Assembly (NCBI RefSeq): GCF_018977255.1
Contig: NW_024704742.1
Span: forward strand, 27,344,001 to 27,408,000
From: Callorhinchus milii
Lineage: Eukaryota
Direction: 5' to 3'
DNA: 64,000 nucleotides
The notes under the pieces were generated by a model. It was not told where the DNA came from, ran no database searches, and worked only from the letters and a program-made list of their open reading frames with translations. The stretch's first letter is position 1, and each line of letters starts with the position of its first letter. This document shows, piece after piece, positions 12,319 to 24,320 of this stretch. The translations under genes were made by a program, and so were the position numbers.

Positions 12319-12650
12319 GGTGTCAACCTGGCTCAATTGCTGGCATTCTCACATCTGAATCAGAAGGTTGTTGGGTTCAAGTCCCACATTGGGACTTGAT
12401 ATTTGATCTCATAATATTGGCTGATACTCCATTGCAGTGCTGGGGGTGTGCTGCATTGTTGCAGGTGCAGTTTTTTGGATGAGATATTAAACCTGAGGTC
12501 CTGTCTGCTTGTTCGGGTGGTCGATAACGATCCCATGGCACTGTTCAAAAAGAGAAGGGAGTTTCTTCCAGTGTCCTGGCCAACCATACTCCAAATACAA
12601 TTGGTCACTCACCATGGCTATTTATGAGACATTGCTGTATTCAATAGGCT
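12319..12650 (+). mobile_element. Old Deu-domain SINE (SacSINE1/AmnSINE-like)
   Basis: tRNA-like head GTGTCAACCTGGCTCAATTG..TCAGAAGGTT..GGGTTCAAGTCCC and central GATCCCATGGCACTGTTC..GGGAGTTTC..GTGTCCTGGCCAA; shared with 31698, 53499 and 60216. Confidence 0.8.
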
Positions 12651-14022
12651 GAGGTCTGCACTGGAATGTCAATCTATACTGTGAGCTCCAGTGCCAACAT
12701 TTTGTATGTCAAATAATTGGATCTGGAAAGGTATAATATGTTAATATTATTGTGAAAGTGAAAACTTGGCTATTTCTCCACTTGCAACATGTGCCATATT
12801 TCTCCTTCTGATTGCTTTGCAGAACAGGTTTAGAACTTACTGATTAAAATATTCAGAGTATGTTAGCCTGAGTAATGAAACTTGTCTTTGTATTTTCATA
12901 ACATTTCAGCAAATGTTTCAGATGGATCACACAAACACAAATTAGCATGAGACCAGACTCTACCCCAAGCAAGCACAGTAATATCAATAATTAAGTATCA
13001 CTTCATGCAGTCCTAAAAGCTAACCATGATATAAACAGCTGTGTGCAGAAACCAATATAAAGTAGACTTGAGTTCTAGTGTCAAACACCAGCCTTAATGT
13101 CCCAAACATGATGTTGCAAGGAATAGCAATCTAAGGTCTTGTGTTCAAAATTGATGCATTTGGAGGTTATTTGATGTTTCAGGGAAAGAGACTGAAATTG
13201 AGTTCAAGAAAGATGGTTTTATTGGAAAAGCAAACACCACCATTAGTCTAATAGCCTTCTACTGTGACACAGTGGAGGTTATTCAACCCATTATATTAGA
13301 TGCTCACAAAATACACAGTTACACCACTTTATGGGAGATGGGGTGTTGGTGACGGATGGGGGTAGGGGTACAAATCCCCTCATGATTTTGAAGACCTCTA
13401 TGAGGTCTCCTCGTAACCTTCTCTGTTCCAACAAAGAGACTTTTTCTCAATTGCAACACAGGGCAAAACTGCTGTTGATTTTTCCCTGCTGTAAGGGTCG
13501 TGGTATTAAAAGTTCAAAGAGTTTCTTGTATCATTATTAAATATGTGGAGCACTGAATCTTTTCCAAATATCAATTACCACATGAAGTACACAGAAGGAG
13601 AAAAATTGGTTTGTTCATCCTGTAGGGAGACAGGTGTCTCTCAAAATTCACATCTCACATATTAAGTTAGCATCATATGTTGCTGTAGTTTAAGTAATTC
13701 AGTAATAACTTGATTGCAGATGATTTAATTAAAATGAAACCCTTTCATTTTGCTGGAAAAATTAAAATGAAACGTATTTCAGGTGTGTAATAAATGATGG
13801 TCGAGTTGACATTTGAACTACAATTTCAGTATTTTGCTCCTTTCATGGCGGCAAAGCATCCACGATTTGTGGGACATTGATGTGCACAACATGGTTTCTG
13901 TGTTCTCTGCCTATAAGTACACAGTCACTGTACTTTACAGGAATTCCTGTGAGGCACTCTGAGATACCCTCCCGATGTGAAAGGCACTATGTGAAATGCA
14001 AGGAAGATTTACTATTTGGAGT

Positions 14023-14347
14023 GGAGTCCTGTAGCTCAGTGGTTAGAGCACTCGCTTTGCAAGCGAGAGACCTGAGTTCAATTCCAGGCAGAGGGCGAAA
14101 CCTTGGGCAAGTTTCCTTACTCCACACAGAGCCTAATAATAATCCCTCCAAAACCAAAAACAATAATAAATTGGTCATTTTCAATCTACGACTGTTTGTG
14201 GGACATTGCTGTGCGCAATTGGCTGCCGCGTTCGCCCACAAATATACAGTCAATTCACTTTACAGTATATTCTGTGAAGCGCTTTGGGACGTCCTCCCGA
14301 CGTGAAAAGCGCTATATCAAATGCAAGGATTATTATTATTATTATCA
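14023..14347 (+). mobile_element. Young tRNA(Ala-like)-headed SINE, full length (GGGACGTCCTCCCGACGTG tail subfamily)
   Basis: A and B boxes, anticodon arm CTCGC-TTTGCAA-GCGAG, intact CpGs and a (TTA)n tail. It sits just after an older SINE tail (about 13860-14010). Confidence 0.95.
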
Positions 14348-14522
14348 TTTATGCCTATGATCACCACGCTCCTCCCTGCTTGGTGTTTGTCACTGTCTCT
14401 GTAAAGCACTTCTACATGGTAACCCTGCAAGCCAAAGCCCTAATGGGTAGGATGATTCCAGCTGGACAAGCAGCGGGAAAGCTTGCCTGGCAAGCTATAC
14501 AGTTTTAGCTGGTTAGACTCCA

Positions 14523-14770
14523 GCTGTACCCCAACACACACTCCGGGGTCCCCAAGCCTTGGCTCTTGCCAACCTGAGCCTAATACTTTCCAGAATTAGA
14601 TAAGCAGAATGTGTCCCTCCAGGGAGAGATTGCGCATTTCAACAATCTATCTATGGGAGTTCCATGTGTTGGTGGGATGCATGGAAATCTCAACTGGGTT
14701 TGGATATTCTTAAGCATGACAATGGGTTTCTGCACGTGTCAGATGCTTGGCTGACAAAACAAAGCATTCT
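14523..14770 (+). repeat. Unclassified interspersed repeat (family X), longest copy
   Basis: The 5' half aligns by eye with 61007-61148 (CCAAGCCTTGGCTCT.GCCAA.CTG..CCTAATA..AGATAAGC..ATGTGTCCCT). The 3' half aligns with 29120-29240 (GGATGCATGGAA.TCTCA..CTTAAGCA..ATGGGTTTCTGCA). Confidence 0.75.
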
Positions 14771-15437
14771 GTATAAATGTAAGTTATTGTTCAGCTGTTT
14801 CTTAGTTTGATTCTGAGTACAGAATGCTTTTTCATTCAGTTACACAGATATGGTTTAGTTAGGTGTCTCAAGAATTCACATAGAGAGAGATTAGACTAGG
14901 CTGGTGATTAATGGATAGCACAGGCTTGACTGGCCAGGAAAGATCAAGCTTCTACTAACTCTGAATTGAAGAAATGCTGTAACAATGAGAATTGTAATGG
15001 TGGTTAAATGTGACCTGCTTTTTGCACTCTCTGGAGCTTGTTGGTAACATTGTGAAGATTTTCAAAGGGAGTACTTAGTATTTCCATATTTTTCTGTTGG
15101 GGTTGAGCTGGGCGGCAAAAGGCGGCAATCCAAAAAATGAAATTACACTTATAAAAATACAAAGTCACTGCACTTGATAGTGAAGTGCTTTGAGATGTCC
15201 TCCTGAAGTGAGAGGTGCTGTATCCAATATAAGGAATATTATCCTTTGCAAACAACTTGCAACAAATTCAGGTACGGTAAAGACTCCAGTCTTAAAGCAT
15301 ATTTGAATTTTGATAGGTTTGCTCTCTCATTAAAATAAAGTGGACTAATCTACAAATTCACCTGAATTGAGACTTCTATAGCCTCAAACATAGTTGTCAA
15401 ATATAATATAATTGTCCTCCCTCTTGATTATTTACTT

Positions 15438-15680
15438 CTCAACAACAACAACTTGGATTTATATAGTGCCCTTCGTGCAGGATAGCGTCCTAGAGCATTA
15501 AACAGTGGCAGAGCATGATGCCCAGCCGGCGGGAGGAAGCGGGTGACTGTCAGCACAGTGTCGAAGAGGAAGGTTTTCAGCCGCGACCTGAAGGAGGGGA
15601 CAAGGCGGAGAAATAGAGGAGATTGTTCCAGAGTTTCGGGGCACAGTGACTGAAAGTGTGACCACCGATGGTGAAATGGA
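15438..15680 (-). mobile_element. L2 LINE 3' tail fragment
   Basis: (CAA)n tail followed by TTTATATAGTGCCCTTC; minus-strand text SFRSRLKTFLF resembles the L2 C-terminus. Confidence 0.75.
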
Positions 15681-18600
15681 GAGAAAATCAGACTTGGTTC
15701 ATGCCAATGAGGTTTCCTATTCCTGTTTGCTATCGAGAAACCTCTTCTGCAAGGCACTTTGTTGTGACCATCTAGTGAGGACAGGATTGGACTTCACTAT
15801 GACCTCCTGCAGTTACATAACTTGCTGGCACTCACTCTCAAGGCTGAAACATGAATAATGGTCTCTAGGGTGAGTTCCTGGAGGGTAATTGGCACCCCTG
15901 GGACCAGTGGATAGGAACCTCAGGAATCAAAACGCCTTGAACAGGAAGAAAAATTGTCTGGGTGTAGAAAAATGAAGGCTGCCAGCTCATACACTGTTAA
16001 TGTGCAAGTACTGTTCGTAACAGTATCCCATTATCGTCACGTTCAATTTACCAGCCAAAAGAAGCGACAATAACAAGGCTTCAATCTAATATAATTCAGG
16101 TTTCTTTAGAGAAACATTCAAGATATTAACTGCTTTGCAATACAATGGGTCTGAAATAAGTCAGATCTTTGAGCCATCACTCCTGCTGTGATTTTATGAT
16201 TTGTTTTACTATTAACTTCAAACAAATTTTTATTAGCTTGAGCTGAGATCAGCCTGACTGATGAAACGAGAACATGCCAGTGCCTGAGATTTTAAGTGTT
16301 AAAAAAAATGGATGTCAATAAGCCAGAGATGTAAAATAAGGACTCTGACATACTGAATGTGAGCGTCTTGTCTTGGGCTCTTATTCTGTCTTTGCAAACC
16401 ATTTTGAGATTTCTCACAAAGTGAAAAGCACGATATCAATTGTTGTGGATTGTGTCTATCCAGGAAATTGTGCCATTGTCCGCAGTAACAGAGACTGCTG
16501 CTTTTATGCAAGAACCTTGGTGCTCCGAGTTTTCATTCCTTTGAGGATGCTGGGTATTTTATTATACTTTGCCCTATTATTTCATTTGTAGAATGAGTGA
16601 TGTTTTTGAATGGGAAGGCAGCAAAAAAGGTTTTGCTGTGGCATAAAATTCACAAAGCACCTTGGAAGCGATTCTCTGAGTATCAGTACATTTCCAGACC
16701 TTGACAAGCCAGCAAGGCTCATTCTCCACCAGGTTTGGTAAAACTGCCAACCTTATGAATGTGAGTTGATAATGGCATTTTTCCCTTTAGGAGTTTGTGC
16801 TGTCAAGGTCTGTAAACTTGCCGACCAGAGAGAAACAAGTGTGATCTGTCTGCCAAGGTCAGTAAATGCACTGATGGTTGGAGAATCGACCCTCCTATGT
16901 TGAAAAATATTTCCGAGGTCACTGTAAAAATAAAAGAGCATGAAGTTTCAATTTCAAGGGTGGTGGGTTTTGTCCACTGATGAGTTTGTCAACTAACAGA
17001 GGTTTCTTTTACTATACAATACAATTTACATTTATATAGCACATTTCATGTCGGGAGGACGTCTCAAAGCACTTAATGTTCTTTATGACGTCACAGCTGA
17101 CTAGGCATCCGTGTGTGGGGTGGGGGAGATGACTGAAAGTACGGTCAATGAGGTAAATCTTAATGCAGCCTTTAAAAATGTATTCACAAAGCAAACAGTC
17201 TAAGTAAAATTGTTGATGTTCAATTATGCCTTATTGAGCTGCAATTCAGACAGTTTTAACAATAGTGTTAATATGGCCATTAAACTGTTTTGCCTATGTA
17301 AACACAACTAGAAAATTCAAGGAGGTAGGACACTGGCAAAGTTAAGAGATTAATGCTTTGACCTGAGAATAATCTGCAGTTTAGTCTTGCTGGTGCTTGG
17401 ATGCAAACCATGCATTTAACTTTAACAACAACTCACCTAGGGCTAAACCAGAAGCTATAAACAACTGCTTAAGTGAAAAGTACACACTTTTGCAATGTAT
17501 TATGCAAGGAAGTATTATTATTATTAACAGGGAAGAGAGAAGAGTCTAATGCTCAACATTTGCTAACACAAGGAAACCTTTCATTTGCACTTATATAAGC
17601 ATTTCCCTTTAAAAACAATAAAGTAAGTTTGTTACCATTAGCAGATGGCACATGTAAGACCCCAGAGTGACCAACATGCGTTTTGTGCAATTGGCTGCCT
17701 CCTTTCACCCATAAAATATACAGTCAATTCACCTTACAGTACATTCTATGAAGCACTTTGAGACATCTTGAAGATGTGATAAGGCGCTATATCAAATGCA
17801 AGGATTATTATTCTTGAACATGTAGGAAAATGTGAGAGACAATGCAACGACCCAAAGAGAAATTGAAAGAGAATTTCTTTGGGACTTTGCTTGATATCCT
17901 AATGGTAATAATTTTAGAAAGGATTTCAGCAAAGTCCAAAATTTCAGCTAACTTTCGCATTTCTCTCCAACATCAAAGCTCTCACCAGAGTTTTACTGGA
18001 AGAATTGAGAAGACGAGTGGAACACTTAAGTTTTAAGAAGTAACACATAAGGTAACTAATCTCCTAGGCTTTGATCCTTTGGACCTGATGCATTAAATAA
18101 AAAGCCTTACTAAAAGGATCTCGAGTGGGACAGCTCCAAAATTTTTAAATTTTATTTTTGTTTATGGACTACAAGATGTGTATTCTGACATCTGCATAAT
18201 CCTGCACGGCTTCCTGACTGACTCATCAACTGTAGCTACAGTGATACACAACCTTTTGAAGCCAAGATGATGAAGGTCTGACTGTTGTCACCACAGGAGC
18301 ATTGAACAATTGCAAAACTGAAGAATTATTCAACAAATTAGAATTGTGTCTCTGAAGTACTGACCACATTAAACATCTAGTAGAACCGTGGATTCAAAAT
18401 AAATTTATAGCACAGAAGCAGGCCGTTTGGTCCATTGGTGCCTGTCCCATTTTCTTGCCTTTTGGTGAAAATAAAACTTGTGTAACGGTAGGTTTGATGT
18501 AATTAACAACCAACATGAAGGATTCCAGAATGTCCTGTCATCCCTTTGATTGATTGATTGGTTATTATGGTACTAAAGGCGTTTGTACTGTAATTCCCTG

Positions 18601-21110
18601 TGTACCATGTACATTTGCACAGTTACACCAACCCACCAATTTGACCTGAGGTGATACTTGCTGCACTGCTGCACTAAACGAGAGAGAACATATTGAGCCT
18701 GGAAAACTCCAGGGCAGTGTACATGACAGAGACCAGCTTCTCAATCTGCTGAGATGCAGCAAAGACAGGTGTCCGTCTGGTTCAGTTGGTACACTCTTGC
18801 CTCAGAGTCGGAAAGCTGTGAGTTCAAACTCATTTTGGGACTTGGAACTCAAAGTCTAGACTGACATTGAGATGCAGTGTTGAGGGAGCATTGCATTTTC
18901 ACTACACTTCAGTAAAATCCTGCAAAGCACTTTGAGATGTCTTGATGATGTGATAAGAAGCTATATCAATTGCAAGGATTATTAAAGACCAGCTGGTCAT
19001 ACTAATAAAGGCAAAGATTTGCACCATGAATCTCACCCTGTGATCGCTAACTATCTAACATGTCAACTCCTTTGAACCACGGTGCTATCTTTCTAGCAGT
19101 AAAATGGGGGTACAGACTCAGGCTTGTAATTGTCTTGAGCTTCATCTACTCACTAATCTGTACAAGTGTGGGGGTGGAAAAAAAGCAAAGCAATAGATTC
19201 CCTCTGAGATGAGTCCTGGTTTTCTTTCCAAGTAAATGGAAAAAGTTATAGTTCAGTAATATTTCAGGTCACTTTTATGTGCTGTCAAAAAAACTAGCGA
19301 GTCTCAGATAGTTCAATGAGTCATTTTCATATTTCAAAGCCTTTCATCTATAGGCTGTCGTTAGAGCAGAAATCACTATCTTTAAGCTGACTGATGCCCC
19401 CAAGTGACTTCTGTTTCACTGCCAGTCTGGTATCTACCAAGCAAGTTTGAAAGCAGTCGAGATGCTGGTCGAGTAAATCTGAGCAACAGCACTGATGGGA
19501 TCAGCAGTGCAGACATGCATTTGATATTTTTCCTTATCATATTGTCGAAATGTCTCTAAGAGCTTTATTATATTTAACTGTGAAGTGTAGTGACTGTATT
19601 TTGTAGGAAGTCATGTGAAGCAGCACTCAAATGCTGGTTCTGGAATAGGGAAAATATTCTTTTTTTGCCTTCTATAGGGGCGTCAAAGTGAGAATGCTCA
19701 GGTCCACAGCATGTATTTGATGGAGCAATGTGGTGCTTGGTAACAGATCTGATGTGATTGCATGATATGATCTGATAAAGCAGGGAAAGGAATAACTAAA
19801 CTACATCAACAGCTAAAATATCTCAACTTCTCAGCTGTCAAACATGCAATGTTGCTAATATTTGAGTAGGCACAGCGTACTACCAATTCAGAATAAATTG
19901 TGAGATATATTTGACATCTGAAGTTAGTTTGCTGGAAATATCAACTTAAGCGTTTTTTAGGAAAAGCTGTAAATGCTTTGTTTCTCATAGGCCTGACACA
20001 ATGGACTTTCCTGCCAGATTCAATGTTTAGATCTTATCTCTGTTCACTCTCTTGTTGCTAACTAGTAAAGATTTCAAGATTTTCCTCCAGTCTTTTGCGT
20101 CAAACGCATTTGGATTGAGGCGAGTCCTGAAATTTCACTGCGTACAAAAAAGAGCACTTGTGATTTTTTTTAAAAAAAAGGACACACTTTTGTCGCCTTT
20201 AGTACAGGTGACATAAGCACCATCTGAAGGGACAAAAAGCATAGACCTGTACTGCCAATCTCATTTACTGTGTTGCAATCCTTGTTGTAATGCAACACGA
20301 ACAAGCAGATGAAGTCTGGAGCTCGCTAGTGTTTAGATGCTGCCAGCAATGTTCTTTCATGCAGATTGAGTGCAGACAAAAGCAGCTTTTCCTCCAACCC
20401 CGATTTTCTGACATCCTTTCTCCCCTGGAGCTGATGTCTGTTGATCTCTGGATAAGTGCCTCTTAACAAATGTTCACGTCTGAAGTGGGGGACAGCGCAG
20501 TAGAATCTCTGAGGGTGGATCTGGCCCAGGCTAACGGTATGAAACTCCTGTCTCTTTGCTAGCCGTGAAGATGTTAGATGAAACGCATCTGGATAATCTT
20601 AGATTGCAAGATCACAAGCGAGGTTCAGATGAAGAAAGATGTTTGATCTCAGCCTTTCAAAAGAAACATTCTATAACCTTTCCAAGATAGCATCAAGCTG
20701 TTTCTTAAATGGGTTCAGTGTCTTGGCCATTACCGCTCTTCCTGGTAATGTGATCAAGATACTTCCTGAGAACTGCCCTCAAATTCCCCTTCAGCCATTT
20801 TAGTGAGGTAACACACACTGCTCAAGGCATAGCTCCCACACAGGGGTCAGGGTCGAGTGACTGCTCTTTCTGACCTGTTGGATTATTTCGTCCACCCTTG
20901 ATGTGCTCTGAGATGTCTTATTTGGGAATGCTGACACCGAGTGACTAATGGGGAAGTGATACATTCCCCCAACCTCCCCCCACCCTGCAACATTCCTCCT
21001 TCAATAACCAGAATGGCTAAACAAAAAAATCAAGTCTCAATGGTGATTTATTGTTGGGAATCTGGCGTGGGTTGATACAGTATAATAAACAGATGGTCTT
21101 TCTCTACAGA

Positions 21111-21446
21111 TAATAATAATTATCCATGCATCTGATATAGCACTTTATCATGTCTTCTAGACTTTTCAAAGTGAATTGACTGTATATTTTGTGGCCAAAA
21201 CTCTACAGCCAATTGCTCACAACAGTGTCCCACAAACAGTGGTGAATTGAGTGACCACTTTTTTTTAAGGGATTAATATCCCTGCAAAAATGAACCACCA
21301 ATTGACTGACAACCAGGTTCCTACATTCTGCTATGTAAAGACTTAGGGAGTAAGGAAACTTGCCCAACGGTTTGCTCTGCTTGGGAATTGGACTCAGGTG
21401 CTCTCATTTGTGAGGCATGTGCTCTAACCACTGAGCCACAGGACTC
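21111..21446 (-). mobile_element. tRNA-headed SINE, older diverged full-length copy
   Basis: Reverse complement begins GAGTCCTGTGGCTCAGTGGTTAGAGC and ends in (TTA)n. Confidence 0.85.
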
Positions 21447-24059
21447 TTTAAATGGGCTTTAAGACATCCACATTCAGTGTAGGGTTTGGAAAATTGATGA
21501 GCTTAAACAAATTTGGCTGAACAAAAACTGCACAGCCTAAGGGTGCTGCCCTAAAATTATTGAATTGATTTTCTTCAAGTAATAGTAATTATGTTTGTTC
21601 CCCCTGGGGCTGACATTTTAAAATTATTTACTTCAAGTCCACTTTCAATGAGGGCACGCCATTTGGCAGTAGCTTACTGGCCTTAGTGATTCAGGGGCAG
21701 GTGGAATGACAAATTAGATAGTTAGCCTATGGTAGTTCCCTCTGTATTGCACACTGCCATGGAAACCAGGTCAGGCAGCAGGAAGAGGAATGTGGAGCCA
21801 GAGCTCCCTGCGATTGTGCTCATCAAATGTGTTGGCTCAAAGATATATTGGTGGTGAAAAATGCGATGTGCATTGTAAGTGACGGTTGTAATGGGCCTGA
21901 AAATTGAGATCCAAAATAGTCTACAACTATCGACTGTTTTGGATGTGGACATCTCCCCACATCAGCACGATAGCTTAGTCTGAAAGCAGCTGCAGCCTCT
22001 GATTGTCATGGTTATTCCTGGTGCTTGTGGGAGAGCAGGATTTGCGTGTTGCTGATGGGATATTAGCCAGCCTGAGTCATGTGTAATAGCAGTCCATCAC
22101 CAGTGATAATTATCACATCAATTGTTGCCTCAAATTTCTATTCGACAGTAGAGGTCATCACAGTTTAGCCTGAAACTGCTTTCGTCCAACATTGCATATA
22201 TGCAGGAGTCACTGGATAGTGGTCGAGGGGGAGGAATTCTCGCTGATCGTTTCCCTTCTATGGCCCAGGGAGTGTTTAAAGCCCATTGAAGGGGCTCTAA
22301 CTGAGGTCGGAAAAAATGCAGTATTTAAATCAAATGTACGTATTATTAGTGCTTATAATCAAACTGTCTAACACCCGAAGCTAATAAATAAACAAACTCA
22401 CCGTAGCTCCTAAAGAAAGTGTTAGTGACCTATTATCTCTCTCCATTACAAGGCTTTCCTTCCTGGATCCCATAGGGATACATCTGTCAACATTGATCCC
22501 ACTTCACATGTTCTTGCCAATCCCACGCCATTATGAACTGTGGCTATGTATGAGTTTCAGTGCTTAAAATCTTATCGGCATTATTTTTATTTTAAGATCG
22601 CTAATTTATTATTATGAGCTTTTTTTGTACTGTTCATTGTTTGCGTTGAAAGGCAAATCTTTGCAAGTAAACTGTGAAAATATATTTCCTGCAAACAGAT
22701 GGTCTCTGCACCCTCCATACGGCTGACATTGTCACAGTTAGGGAATGTGGCAGCTGGTTTCAGGAAAGGTTTAGAGACCAGCATCCTGAGAAGCCAAAGC
22801 AGCGTATTGCAGAAAAAAGAAAATGTTTGCAAGAAAAGAAAACTTCATGATTTATTTCTATTTTTAATAATACTTTAGAATTTTGCTTATTCACCCACAA
22901 AGTACATTCAGCCATATCACTTTATAACCTGTGAGTGCATTGAGATACCTTGACCATGTGATAAGATGCTATGCCAAATTCAAGGATGATTATTATTAAT
23001 ACTGTCGTTCAGCTATTTGTGAAGTACATTTTGTTTGAACATAATGCAGAAGTCTACCAACTTAATTAAATATTGATACAGTTTTATACATGGGTACAGC
23101 AGTGTTGTAAGTTTCAGATATTTGGTGTTGGGGTTGCAGGGTTGGAGTGAGAGTGCACAGTGAATGAAGAGAAAGCTCAGTATAATTGTACTGCGAAAAG
23201 CAGAGGATGAGCTCTCTTTCCCATTGTGTCAATTAATCATCCCTATCCCTTTGAGGAATATACTCCAGTCTTTGCAAAGAGGAGAGGTCTTGCTGTGTAG
23301 TCACAACATGTTCCATTACTTTACTAGATCACCAGGAAGATCACAGCATTATTTGGTTCAATTAGGTTTTTAAGCATAGAACAGAAGAGGCTGTTTTATC
23401 ATGAGCCTTTTACATGCAGCTGAAGGGATCTGCACTCCGTATAGGTGGTTTGAAAATATCTTATCTTGACAACAATTGATAATGAAATACCTTGGAGGTA
23501 TTTTCACTTTTGGTGCATAAATCAATTTGACTAGCTGCTTTAGACATTGTGATACAATTCCGTACATTATTTAACCTAAGGATATATAAACAAACTAAGA
23601 AGGAACAAACGGGGAAAAAAATCAGTGCAATCCATCCAGCTCACCTTGTTGTAGGTCCAACTTTCAATTTCCTTCTTCCTTCTTCAGTTATTTCCTGTGA
23701 TCATGATCAAATGCTACGACAATCATGACTAGTCAGCAGCATGATTACATTAAAGTGGCACAAGTTGAAAGCTTAAGAAAGTAGAGTTAGAGTTGAGGAT
23801 TTGTTACATTAGAGATTTGTCTGTGATAAAATGCCAAAACACTTGTTATCAAGTAGTTCTTTGCTTTGTCCATATTGAGGGGTCTCTGCCTATTTGTTCC
23901 ACTCACCTACATTTCAGAACATTACTGTAAATTACTGTAATTTCTGTTTTTGTCTTTGAAGCTGACATATGGCCTGTGTTAGCCATATGGTTACAGATGA
24001 GTAAACATATGAGGATGAATAAGATGATGTGAGGTTGCCTTGAATCTGTTGAGGAATAA

Positions 24060-24320
24060 TCATAATGTGGCCGATAATTATGTATTATAATTATAATATA
24101 TTAAAGCAATTATGTAATAATAAGTATGATTCTTCATTACAGCATTATGATAATTATGACAACATATATAACATAATTATGATTACTACACCAAATTGCA
24201 GCATCCTTCACATCTCGATAGCGTCTCGGAATATTTAATTTATAATATATTATAGTAACATGTAATAATATATTATAATTATTATTACGTGTTGTAACAA
24301 TTATAGTTAATAAATATAAT
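24060..24320. repeat. AT-rich low-complexity (TAA/TAT) tract
   Basis: Dense ATAATT/TATTAT repeats flank a GC-richer core (about 24195-24230). Confidence 0.8.

Noticed and set aside
14023..14097. tRNA-Ala(TGC)-like cloverleaf (also at 4790, 28388, 33085)
   Set aside because: The acceptor stem is poor, there is no oligo-T terminator, and it continues into a repeated SINE body. These are SINE heads, not tRNA genes.
13877..14508. Overlapping ORFs repeated at 28.5-29.1 kb and 33.1 kb
   Set aside because: They are translations of SINE copies; the repetition reflects the repeat family, not paralogous genes.
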